A DNA stretch of 64,000 nt from a virus (Duplodnaviria > Caudoviricetes). This document shows, in pieces, positions 25,628 through 34,833 of the stretch. The DNA is taken from IMG/VR virus record IMGVR_UViG_2602041664_000001, positions 18,872-82,871 of that record; one strand, written 5' to 3'. The stretch's first letter is position 1; every line of letters starts with the position of its first letter. The position numbers and the translations under genes are program-made. The notes beneath the pieces were generated by a model that saw nothing but the letters and a program-made list of their open reading frames with translations, ran no database searches and was not told the DNA's origin.

Positions 25628-27391
25628 ATGGCTACTAAGATTAAGAGTAAGAGAAACATAGTCCGAGTTGTCGGCTCGGAGAAACTGAAGGAGGAAATGA
25701 GTTATCTTGAGTCTCAAGGTTATGCTGTGCTTCGTCCTGGAGGTATTAAGGGGAATGATGCTGCTGATGAGACTTGGCACGACTTCTTTTCTAACCAAAT
25801 GACCGCTGGTGTTGGAGGAGGAAAAGGTGGGCGTAAATCCGTACCAACTCTCTTTGCCAGCAGCGGTTCAGAACAAGCGGTTTCCGAGGATGTTGGTACG
25901 AAAGGGCTTGGATGGATGGAATGGGGTGTAGGCAACAGATTGCCTAATGTCGTCTCTCTACTTTGTGGTATTCTTCCTTACACAGCGGCTGGTTTGAAAT
26001 TCAACACAGACCTCTGTGCGGGTCTTGGTCCTGAGCCAATGTATCGCTACACACAGTATGTTGGCGGGAATATTACTACGAAAGAAATTCCATATTCAGA
26101 GGCAAGTAAACTTATCTCTGGCTTGATCATCGACCGACTTCGTGAGATTAAGAACTTAGAGAATAGTGATTCTTCTGCGTTTGGAACGACTGCTAAGAGT
26201 GATAATAAGGCTTTGATTGAACAGCTTAATAAGGAAATAGAATCCTTGAAAGCCGCCCTTACTGTGTGGGAAAGAACGGCTCCCGAGGTGGCAGAGTTTC
26301 AAGAGCGTAACAATCTTGCACAGACTTATCTTCAGCTTTCTGGTGATACTCAGATGTTGGGAATGTGTTTCCCAGAGTTACAACTCAACTCTCAAGAACT
26401 TGATGAGCGTGGAAAACCGGTAAAGACAACGCTTTGGAAGCCTAAGGTTGTAGGTATTGGCTACCGTTCAGCACATACTTGCCGTTTGGAGCGTATGGAC
26501 GACCAGAATAAGATTAATTATGTTTATGTAAGTAATCGTTGGTTAGATCAGCCCGTAGCGTCAGTGCAAGAAGCATCTTCTAAAGTCGTTGCTTATCCTG
26601 CTTTGTCTATACAGACCCCATTGGCTGACTTGAAAGCTGCTGTGCGAACGGCACGAGATAAGAATGTCAGTGCTAAGAACCGCCCTACCCGATTCATATT
26701 TCCTTCAAGTTATCCTACTGTAGGTCGTCCTTACTATCCGTCTCCAGCATGGCATAGTGTCTTTGTTGGTGATGTGTATGAGTATATTGCGACTATCATC
26801 TCTGACCGCTTCAACCGTCGTAAAAACAGTAATGTTATTGGTCGAGTGATTTATATTCACAACGACTATATGCAGCAACTCTTCATTCAAGCACAGGCAC
26901 AGAGTGATGCTGATAAACAGAATGAGATACGTGATAAGTTGTATAAGGACATCAATACGTGGCTTAGTAATCGAGACAATAGCGGTCAGTCTCTCCTTGC
27001 CTTCACCTTTATGGGTACTGATGGTAAAGAGCATAAGAGCTTTGAAATCGTAGAGGTTGAGAGCAGTAGTAAGTCGGTCGCTGATGCGAATGAAAAGGAA
27101 ACAGCCGAGGTGGCAAGTATCATCTTTATGGCTATGGGACTTGATGCGAAACTACTTGGCTCTACCCCACTCTCCCTTGTTGGTCAGAGTAGTGGTACTG
27201 ACTTGCGTATTCGTTTTGGTGTAAAACAAGTTCAGATGGCACCGACACAAAAGATAATGCTAAAGAGCCTTGAGGTGGCAAGCCGTTTTAATGAATGGGA
27301 TAAGCATCTCGTTTGGCGTATCAATCGTGAGGTGCTTACCACGCTTGATAGTAGTAAAACTGGTATTACCCAAAAAGAAGAGGAGACATAA
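25628..27391 (+). CDS. Portal protein
   Basis: WGVGNRLP, YYPSPAWHS, NSGQSL, IIFMAMGLDAKLLG...SSGTDLR; follows terminase. Confidence 0.8.
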   Translation: MATKIKSKRNIVRVVGSEKLKEEMSYLESQGYAVLRPGGIKGNDAADETWHDFFSNQMTAGVGGGKGGRKSVPTLFASSGSEQAVSEDVGTKGLGWMEWGVGNRLPNVVSLLCGILPYTAAGLKFNTDLCAGLGPEPMYRYTQYVGGNITTKEIPYSEASKLISGLIIDRLREIKNLENSDSSAFGTTAKSDNKALIEQLNKEIESLKAALTVWERTAPEVAEFQERNNLAQTYLQLSGDTQMLGMCFPELQLNSQELDERGKPVKTTLWKPKVVGIGYRSAHTCRLERMDDQNKINYVYVSNRWLDQPVASVQEASSKVVAYPALSIQTPLADLKAAVRTARDKNVSAKNRPTRFIFPSSYPTVGRPYYPSPAWHSVFVGDVYEYIATIISDRFNRRKNSNVIGRVIYIHNDYMQQLFIQAQAQSDADKQNEIRDKLYKDINTWLSNRDNSGQSLLAFTFMGTDGKEHKSFEIVEVESSSKSVADANEKETAEVASIIFMAMGLDAKLLGSTPLSLVGQSSGTDLRIRFGVKQVQMAPTQKIMLKSLEVASRFNEWDKHLVWRINREVLTTLDSSKTGITQKEEET

Positions 27392-27394
27392 ACT

Positions 27395-28441
27395 ATGTTG
27401 ATAACAACGACTAATGAACTTAGGCTTTATTCGCCTGCAAACGCAATAGATGCTATAGAAACTCTGACGGGCTTCATAGACAGTAGCGAGCACGATTTCC
27501 TTGAAGAAAAGTTAGGAAAAGATTTGTTTGTGCTGTTGCAGAAGTATTATCGTGGTATTGGTGAAGCGGGCATTATGACCCTGATTGAAAGTATTCAGCG
27601 TAACGAAACGCTTTTACCCTATTCACAGTTACTAATGTTGGCTCAGCGTTGTGTCTGCTTTGATGCCTTGGGTAGAGCTATTGATATGCAGGCTATCAGC
27701 GTGAATGGTTCGGGCGTGAACGTGGCAACTTCTGACGATTATGGTAAGGCTGATAAAGATGCTATCAGTGCATACAAACAGACTTGTTATAAGGAATCTC
27801 ATTCGGCTGTAAACCGCTTGCTCATTGTACTTGAAGAGTGGATGCGTGAGGTTGCGTCTGTTACTGGAGAAGGCAAAGACACTGATGAGTACCGAGAGAA
27901 AAAGGAAATTACAGATGCTTGGCAGAAAAGTCGATATTTCTTCCTTGTTGGCTCTCTGTTGATTCCTTCAGCACAGGTGCTGCAAGAGTACGTGAACATA
28001 TATGACAATCGTGAGAAGTATATTACACTTTTGCCTGATTTGCGTTATATCCAAGAGGATATTCTTGCACCAGTTGTAGGTGAAGAATTGTTGGATTTCC
28101 TTACAGACAATGCTATTAAAGGTGCAAAAGATAAGAAACTCGCAAGGCTTATTCATCGCTTACGTAAGGCGATGGTAAAGCATCTTATTGCAAGAACAAA
28201 CTTCTTGAAGCTGTCTGCTCCTGACCTTGCTACCGTTCATAATGAAGCCGTCTTAATGGTGAATAATTGCGTCGATTATATACGTATGTATCAGTCAGAC
28301 TTTCTCAGCTTAGCCAAGGATGCTATGGAAGCCTCGCCTATCTATGACGCTTCAGAAAATAAGGTTCGTGAACCCTACGAATCGACATTTAAGAACAATG
28401 AGGATGGGAATGTAATGTTTGTTATACCAGCTTTGAGTTAA
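27395..28441 (+). CDS. Putative head-tail adaptor (DUF6712-like)
   Basis: MLITTTNELR..., duplicated L-x-x-x-L-G-x-x-L helical halves, position after the portal. Confidence 0.65.
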   Translation: MLITTTNELRLYSPANAIDAIETLTGFIDSSEHDFLEEKLGKDLFVLLQKYYRGIGEAGIMTLIESIQRNETLLPYSQLLMLAQRCVCFDALGRAIDMQAISVNGSGVNVATSDDYGKADKDAISAYKQTCYKESHSAVNRLLIVLEEWMREVASVTGEGKDTDEYREKKEITDAWQKSRYFFLVGSLLIPSAQVLQEYVNIYDNREKYITLLPDLRYIQEDILAPVVGEELLDFLTDNAIKGAKDKKLARLIHRLRKAMVKHLIARTNFLKLSAPDLATVHNEAVLMVNNCVDYIRMYQSDFLSLAKDAMEASPIYDASENKVREPYESTFKNNEDGNVMFVIPALS

Positions 28442-28443
28442 AT

Positions 28444-29526
28444 ATGTTTGAAGAAAAACGACACATTGACCTTCGTCTTCCTCGTTCTTGGAACGACTGT
28501 TCCACGGAGGACCTCCGTATTGTTGCACGTGTTTTGATGTCCTGTGCTTCAAAAGCAACCCGTTACAAGCCTTTCTCTTTAAAGGAAGTAAAGATTGCTC
28601 TCTTCTTTGCCTTTACAGGTCTTGAAATTGTAGAACCTATTAATCCTCGTGTTGACGTAGAACGGCAATATTATGTGGTACGCTTTCGTGATAAGTCTTT
28701 CAGTTGGTTTCATCGTGCGTGGCGTTGGTGTCGTAAACGGCTGACAGGTGAAGACCCGTCTGTATTCAACCTTTATCTTTGGCAAATATCTTCTTGGATT
28801 GAGCCTGAGAAAGACTTGAATAGTGGGCGCGTTCTTCGTGCAGGTCTGCTTGACTGGTTGGACTGTGAGGGGAATAATCACCTATTTGTATTCCCTTTCC
28901 AAGAGATAAAGCGTAGTCGTTCTTGGTGGCGACGTAAACGTGTCTTTCGTGGTCCTGAAACGTTAATGCAAGACTTTACTTGGCAGCGTTATCGTTTCGT
29001 TCAGGATTACATGGAGCATTATGTTACGCAACAAAATCTATTACTTCAAATGCAAGAGAAGGGTGATCAAGTCAGTGATAGGGACTTGATGAAACAAGAA
29101 AAGGCTACTGACCTCGCTCGTGCTTGCTTCTTAGCAGTCTTGTATAAGGCTAAAATTCGTGTTGTTGAAGATAAAACACAACGTATTCGTGTTGACTTTG
29201 AATATCAGAGTAATCAAGTTTCGGATTATGCGCCTTACTTTAGGAACTTTCCTGAAGAAGATTGGCAGGTTATTCGTTTTTGGTGGGAAGGTATGATGTT
29301 CTATTTGCAAACAGAATATCCGCGTTGCTTTAAGCGTCAAGTTGTGAAAGGACAGCCAAAGCAAAACAATCCGCTTGAACTCTATACACGTACAACGGCA
29401 ACTATGCAAAAGTATCTTGGTTTAGATGAGACGGAGGTTAATAGTCAGTTCTTCCAACTTGTATTGCAGCACATGGATAATATGGCTAAAGAGAATGATG
29501 AACTTGAAAGGATAAAGGGTAGTTAA
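28444..29526 (+). CDS. Hypothetical protein (LPRSWND family, possible tail assembly)
   Basis: 360-aa ORF in the structural operon. Confidence 0.75.
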   Translation: MFEEKRHIDLRLPRSWNDCSTEDLRIVARVLMSCASKATRYKPFSLKEVKIALFFAFTGLEIVEPINPRVDVERQYYVVRFRDKSFSWFHRAWRWCRKRLTGEDPSVFNLYLWQISSWIEPEKDLNSGRVLRAGLLDWLDCEGNNHLFVFPFQEIKRSRSWWRRKRVFRGPETLMQDFTWQRYRFVQDYMEHYVTQQNLLLQMQEKGDQVSDRDLMKQEKATDLARACFLAVLYKAKIRVVEDKTQRIRVDFEYQSNQVSDYAPYFRNFPEEDWQVIRFWWEGMMFYLQTEYPRCFKRQVVKGQPKQNNPLELYTRTTATMQKYLGLDETEVNSQFFQLVLQHMDNMAKENDELERIKGS

Positions 29527-29569
29527 TGGTATTTATATCGTAGCTTTATGTTTATATATTGGTAGTGTT

Positions 29570-29606
29570 GCCTTCATTGTCCGTGATGGATAGTGAAGGC
29601 TTTTTT
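29570..29606 (+). terminator. Rho-independent terminator
   Basis: GCCTTCATTGTCC-GTGAT-GGATAGTGAAGGC-TTTTTT. Confidence 0.85.
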
Positions 29607-29614
29607 GTTGCTTT

Positions 29615-29649
29615 TGTCCCATACTCTCTTGTTTAGTTTCCTATCTTTG
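29615..29649 (+). promoter_or_regulatory. Phage-type promoter TGTCC-N22-TATCTTTG
   Basis: Same spacing. Confidence 0.7.
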
Positions 29650-29668
29650 CTATATAAATGATTTGATT

Positions 29669-30316
29669 ATGGCAAATATTGATGCTAAGTTAGAACGATT
29701 TAAGAAGCTTTGTACAGATATTCTTTCTCAGAGTGGAAATTGTAAGGAGAGCCAAGCGGACATGGCAGCAGCTAATACGGTACCAGAGTTGGTTGCCGTG
29801 TGGCTTAAGTATTGGCATGGACTTATTACAGAAGTTCCACAGCAGACAATTGCAGCTCTCTCTGAGGTGTATGATGATTATAAAGACGAGATAAATGCTG
29901 CTGGTGTCTATTTTAACGAGAGCACTGATAAGGGAGAGGTTCTTGTTAGTGATTGTCCTAACGTGTTAAAGTTTAGAGATAAGGCTAAGGTTTATGTACT
30001 TGGTAAAGCCGAAGTTTGTGCTTATGATCATGTCTACGTTTATGCGGATAATGAAGAAGCAAAGGTTTTATTGAATGATTACTCTCGTGGTAATATTCAT
30101 AAAAGTACAGTTCATGCTTGCGACTGGTCTTCTGTTATCACAGACTCTAAAAAGGTGTTTTGTGCTGATGCTGCTACGGTTGATATTACTGGTGGGGTTG
30201 TTTGTGATGCTGGTCATCGTGAGATAAATGCTTATAAAGGCTCTGTGGTTTACTCAGACTTAAAGAAAGGTATCACTTTGGATAATACATCTAAATTATT
30301 AAAGAAAAATAGTTAA
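29669..30316 (+). CDS. Hypothetical protein with short beta-repeat C-terminus
   Basis: A-x-V-x-A-x-D-type repeats. Confidence 0.75.
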   Translation: MANIDAKLERFKKLCTDILSQSGNCKESQADMAAANTVPELVAVWLKYWHGLITEVPQQTIAALSEVYDDYKDEINAAGVYFNESTDKGEVLVSDCPNVLKFRDKAKVYVLGKAEVCAYDHVYVYADNEEAKVLLNDYSRGNIHKSTVHACDWSSVITDSKKVFCADAATVDITGGVVCDAGHREINAYKGSVVYSDLKKGITLDNTSKLLKKNS

Positions 30317-33300
30317 TGAAGTCACACGTTACTATAAAGGCAAAAAGGAAACCACTTGTTCTGCCTGACGATTTTACGCTTGATATTGATGATCAGAACC
30401 CACTGTTCAACGAAACAGAAATGTTCTCCTACCCTGTCAATATTCCTTTGATAGGTAATCGTTTCCTTGTAGGTAACGTTGATAGCGCAATAAGTGATAT
30501 TCGTCCTGTTCAGTTGGAGCATACCCCTATGCGTATTCTTGTTGATGGTCTTCCCTTTCGTAGTGGTACTGCTGTCCTTGCCGATGATGACGAGGTAGAA
30601 GATGGTGTGTCTATGAATATAGCTTCTTCTTCGCAAAGTTTCGATAGCCTTATCGGGGATTTGTCTTGCCAAGACATACCCGTGAAGGATAAAATTCAGA
30701 TCGGAGAGAAGATTGGTAATCTTGTTAGTGAAGTTACATATTCTTTTAGAGCGAAGATTGAACATAAAGGAAAGAAAGGAGGTAAAGAATATACTTCTGA
30801 TAAAGATGGTGTCGCTAATGGAACTTTTGAACCACAGGCTTTAGGGTTCTCTTATCCTGGTGTGTGCGTTGTCTCTGGTAATAAAGAAAAGGCAGAAAGG
30901 AAGACAACTTTATCTTATCCTGATAAGAACTCTGTTACTGTTCCAAAGGTTAAAACGAGCTTTATAAATGTTTCAGAGGCCTATCCTACAAAGCCTTATT
31001 GTAATGCTCGTGTTTGTTATAAGCATTTAGGACTGAATGATGATGGAACAACAAGTGATAGCGTTATTGCGGCAAAAGACGCTACCAATACTAATGAGGA
31101 TGCTTATCCTTATTGGGTTTTGGATGCTGATCGCCCACAGTCAGGTATCTGTTTCTATGTGCTTTACTTTCTTGATTGTTTGTTTGAATATTTAGGAGTG
31201 TCGTTTGATAAGAGTGCATTAACAGAAATAGGTGATTTCAATCGACTTTGTTTCTTTACCACTCATTGTAAGTACGATACTGTTCCTATTCATGGTGAAG
31301 GCGAGAAAAAATATATTTGGAAAAAGAGTGTTATAAAAGATTCTAAGGAGCGTATTATAGAGTCTACCGACACACTTTGTCTTGGTTCTTTATTGTTAAA
31401 AGCGAATAGTATAGCGAAGATTGATGAGTTCTATTACTTTTCTGATTCTCAATCTGAAATGCCTATTATACCTCTGTCTGAAACTGAATTGAATGGTTGG
31501 AAAACCTCCCCTTCCGAAGCTACAGAGGATAAACCTTATGTCTGGAATGTAGAGATTTTTACATACACAGATGGAACAAAAACGGTGGGTATTCCTCATT
31601 TCCTTTGTACTTATAGGCAAATACCTATAGCGTCTGTTGAACATCAATATGCACCAAGTGATAATACTGTTACACCTCCTGTAAATAAATGGGCTATTAC
31701 GCCTCCGCAACACGAGGATGCCAATCCCTTCTTCGCGAATATCGATGAGATTAATGAGTGGTTGGATAGTCGTGGTTGTGGTGGTCGATTGAAATTTGAG
31801 GATGAAGGCTCTAAGGATGTCACCAGTTTTACGGTTCGTTTTGATGATGGAAGTGAACCCCAAACGTACAATGTCGGTGATGGCTCAATTCAGTCTATTA
31901 CTATTGAGTCGGATGCTAAGACGCATAATGTGTCTGGCAATGTCCTCGCTATGTATGCAAATAGTGAGAATTTTCCAAAGGAGAGTGTTAGTACTGTCAT
32001 TAAGTCTTTAGAGAACAGTTTCGGTATTAAGTTCTATTATGATTATGAGCAGAAGAAGGTAACGGCTTATTTACTTCGTAAAGTCTTTCGTGATCAGGCG
32101 CAACCGATAGACCTTCCTTGTAAGGTTATCTCTATGCGTAAGGTTAATGAGAAAATCACGGGTGTCCGTATGTGTTATTCAGCAGAAAGTGATACAAAGG
32201 AACAACGACAGAATATCAAACAGAATAAGAAAGACTATAATACTGATTACGACTATATTGAGTATCCTCGTTCAAGAACAGTGACTAATAAAGTCTATGG
32301 TCAGATTTTCAAGGCTTTGTCATCTTCTGATATGAACGTTTATGTTGATAAAACAACCGGTAACGCTTATCGTGTAAAGGTAGACAGTGAAGCTAAGGAT
32401 GCTAACTCTTTACATCCTGCTTTATTTGAGGTTGGTGCTTTCAAAGGCGTTGAATTAGGCGATTGCTCTAAGATGAATGAAGACTATGTTCAGGAGTTTA
32501 GTAGTGAGTTTACTCCGATGGTTTTTAATGATGTAAACTATCAGAATGAAATCGCTCTTGCCTCTGGTTCTGCTACGGGTGTTGATGAAAAAGGACGACG
32601 TGGTTCTGTTTCAAACATCAACGCAAAGCGTAGACAGCCTATTTTATCGGCTTTCATAGATGAGGAAATGGAACACGAGTTTGTCTTACAGAAGATTCGT
32701 AATCTATTGTCTACTTCTTGGGCTGATTTCTATCTGACAGAGGAACTTCGTTTGCGTGAGAGTTATGACACTACAAAAACAGAAGATGGCAACTCTCCCT
32801 TGCAATCGCACGACTGGGGACTTTCTATTGCTATTATGCGTGGCGGTGGTATTGATTCGACAATTGAAAAATATTCTTTCGATTATGATGGCTTTGGAAA
32901 TAGTAAGTGGCGAACCGTGGCAGGTCAATATGCTCTAACCTCCGACTCTATTGACATGATGGGTAACGAGTTTGATTATAATGGCGTGCAGCCTGGTGTT
33001 GGTAATGAAGAGAGATTCTCTCTGAAGATTCGAGCTTTCAAACAGCCTGACTGGTCGCCTGTGCCTCTGTGTAATCCTGATGTTATGAACGAGAATGGAA
33101 CAGTTGAGACTAAGATTCGTACACGTGGATTGTTTGATACTTTTATGTCGGAGTTTGCTTATTTCCTTCTTAATCGAAAGAAATATCGCATTCGTTTGTT
33201 AGCTACTCCAGCGGCTATTGCTGATATACCGAACCATTGGCTTCAGCGTTATCGTATTAATGGGGTTACTGGTTATATAAATAAGGTGTCTTACTCCCTT

Positions 33301-33351
33301 TCTGCAAAAGAGGGTATAAAGGATATTGAAATAGAATTTTACGCATTATGA
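30316..33351 (+). CDS. Large tail/baseplate structural protein
   Basis: 1011 aa; N-terminal DQNPLF...FSYPVNIP typical of Bacteroidetes phage tail hub proteins. Confidence 0.7.
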   Translation: MKSHVTIKAKRKPLVLPDDFTLDIDDQNPLFNETEMFSYPVNIPLIGNRFLVGNVDSAISDIRPVQLEHTPMRILVDGLPFRSGTAVLADDDEVEDGVSMNIASSSQSFDSLIGDLSCQDIPVKDKIQIGEKIGNLVSEVTYSFRAKIEHKGKKGGKEYTSDKDGVANGTFEPQALGFSYPGVCVVSGNKEKAERKTTLSYPDKNSVTVPKVKTSFINVSEAYPTKPYCNARVCYKHLGLNDDGTTSDSVIAAKDATNTNEDAYPYWVLDADRPQSGICFYVLYFLDCLFEYLGVSFDKSALTEIGDFNRLCFFTTHCKYDTVPIHGEGEKKYIWKKSVIKDSKERIIESTDTLCLGSLLLKANSIAKIDEFYYFSDSQSEMPIIPLSETELNGWKTSPSEATEDKPYVWNVEIFTYTDGTKTVGIPHFLCTYRQIPIASVEHQYAPSDNTVTPPVNKWAITPPQHEDANPFFANIDEINEWLDSRGCGGRLKFEDEGSKDVTSFTVRFDDGSEPQTYNVGDGSIQSITIESDAKTHNVSGNVLAMYANSENFPKESVSTVIKSLENSFGIKFYYDYEQKKVTAYLLRKVFRDQAQPIDLPCKVISMRKVNEKITGVRMCYSAESDTKEQRQNIKQNKKDYNTDYDYIEYPRSRTVTNKVYGQIFKALSSSDMNVYVDKTTGNAYRVKVDSEAKDANSLHPALFEVGAFKGVELGDCSKMNEDYVQEFSSEFTPMVFNDVNYQNEIALASGSATGVDEKGRRGSVSNINAKRRQPILSAFIDEEMEHEFVLQKIRNLLSTSWADFYLTEELRLRESYDTTKTEDGNSPLQSHDWGLSIAIMRGGGIDSTIEKYSFDYDGFGNSKWRTVAGQYALTSDSIDMMGNEFDYNGVQPGVGNEERFSLKIRAFKQPDWSPVPLCNPDVMNENGTVETKIRTRGLFDTFMSEFAYFLLNRKKYRIRLLATPAAIADIPNHWLQRYRINGVTGYINKVSYSLSAKEGIKDIEIEFYAL

Positions 33352-33605
33352 TTATGAAGAGTGAGGTTGAATATTTTATTTACAGCTACTTGACCCGATT
33401 GTTTGGTCCTAAGTACTTGTTGGATTATAGAACTGATTTGACAAAAGACCTTGGGCTCTCCAGTATGGACCTTTTGCAAATCGTGATGGACGTTGAAACT
33501 CGTTTTAACATCTTTATTGACCCGTCTCGATTCCAACAGGACCGTTCTATGGGGACTATTGTTAGTGTTATTACAAACATAATTAGAGAACAACATGGCT
33601 TCTAA
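33348..33605 (+). CDS. Acyl carrier protein-like
   Basis: DLTKDLGLSSMDLLQIVMDVETRFNIFID vs ACP consensus DLGxDSLDxxElvmxxExxFgixI. Confidence 0.75.
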   Translation: MIMKSEVEYFIYSYLTRLFGPKYLLDYRTDLTKDLGLSSMDLLQIVMDVETRFNIFIDPSRFQQDRSMGTIVSVITNIIREQHGF

Positions 33606-34614
33606 TCTCGTTTTAAAATCTGGCTCACCGCACATTGGTTCGCCTATTACTTATAAGGTAACAGCTGCTTCACTTACGGGTATCATTTCTTTCCATAGGG
33701 TTGTCGTAAAGGTGAAAGCAGCTCTTAGCACTGATACTGATTGGACTATTACGCAGGTTTCTACTCCTGTTAATGAAGGCGAAATCGTTGAGTTAGATAT
33801 TTCTTCTGCTCTTCAGGCTGTTGCTGACCGCTATCAATACGATCCTATCCCACCTACGGCTTATCCGTTCGTAAAATATTCGCTTTCTGCCTATGATGAG
33901 TATATGCAAAATGGTGAGGTTCATCAGACGGAGGAAATAAGTAATGAAGGTGGTAATGCTCTCTTGGGTGCTAAGACCGACTTAGAAAGGCTCTTTAGTG
34001 ATGGGAATAGTACCGCACAACATTTCTCTCGGAAACCTAAGTCTGAGTATGAAATTGTTTCCGTTGGAGAGGCTGTTGTTGTTCCTCAGTCTTTTCCTGC
34101 TCCTGTGTCGTTGGGTAATGTAACGACTGGCCCCTCTTCTGCTGTCTTCCCTGTAACAACAGCTGGTATGCAAACGATAGGCGGACGTGATTTCTACGCT
34201 TTGAATAGTTCTTCGTCTGATCGTTTTGAGTTTCGCTTCGTGAATGGCTTGGGATGTCTTGAGAGCATATCTCTTCTTTCGCTTCGTTCGGTAGAGGTGA
34301 ATATTACAAGTGAGACTTATATTCGTTCTGTTCAGGAAACATTTGGTAACTTTTTCCGTGGCTTAATTACAAAACAGAATGATTATGAAACGTGGAAACT
34401 ATCAAGTGGACCTGTCAGTCCCGCAATGCAAGCGTGGTTTCTTCATGAGTTCCTTATGACTTCGGCAGCTTGGATAAAGGTAGGAACTGTGTTTATCCCT
34501 TGTCATATCGTACCAGAAGAAACTGTGACGGGTGTCAATCGTGCAGATGGTTCTATGCGTGAGGTTCATTTCTCGGTACAGTTTGATGTTAATGGCTCGC
34601 CTGAATTTAGTTGA
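33595..34614 (+). CDS. Tail structural protein
   Basis: 339 aa; FRFVNGLGCLESI motif; tail operon. Confidence 0.65.
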   Translation: MASNLVLKSGSPHIGSPITYKVTAASLTGIISFHRVVVKVKAALSTDTDWTITQVSTPVNEGEIVELDISSALQAVADRYQYDPIPPTAYPFVKYSLSAYDEYMQNGEVHQTEEISNEGGNALLGAKTDLERLFSDGNSTAQHFSRKPKSEYEIVSVGEAVVVPQSFPAPVSLGNVTTGPSSAVFPVTTAGMQTIGGRDFYALNSSSSDRFEFRFVNGLGCLESISLLSLRSVEVNITSETYIRSVQETFGNFFRGLITKQNDYETWKLSSGPVSPAMQAWFLHEFLMTSAAWIKVGTVFIPCHIVPEETVTGVNRADGSMREVHFSVQFDVNGSPEFS

Positions 34615-34657
34615 ATAGGGTAAGTGTCCTCTCCTACCCTATTTAGGCTTAATACGT

Positions 34658-34715
34658 AAAGTATATACTTTAGCATCATAAGGTATATACTTTATTTCGT
34701 TAAAGTATATACTTT
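34658..34715. repeat. Array C1: three AA(A/G)GTATATACTTT palindromes, 22-bp period
   Basis: Copies start at 34658, 34680 (AAGG variant), 34702; degenerate fourth at 34724. Confidence 0.9.
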
Positions 34716-34779
34716 ACGTTTTGTGGGTATATTCACTCCTCTTTTTATTAGTCTTATTTTGTCTGTCCCTAAATAATTC

Positions 34780-34814
34780 TGTCCCACACATTCCTTATAT
34801 CAATTTTATCTTTG
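34780..34814 (+). promoter_or_regulatory. Phage-type promoter TGTCC-N22-TATCTTTG
   Basis: Same spacing. Confidence 0.7.
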
Positions 34815-34833
34815 CATAAAACAATGATAAAAT

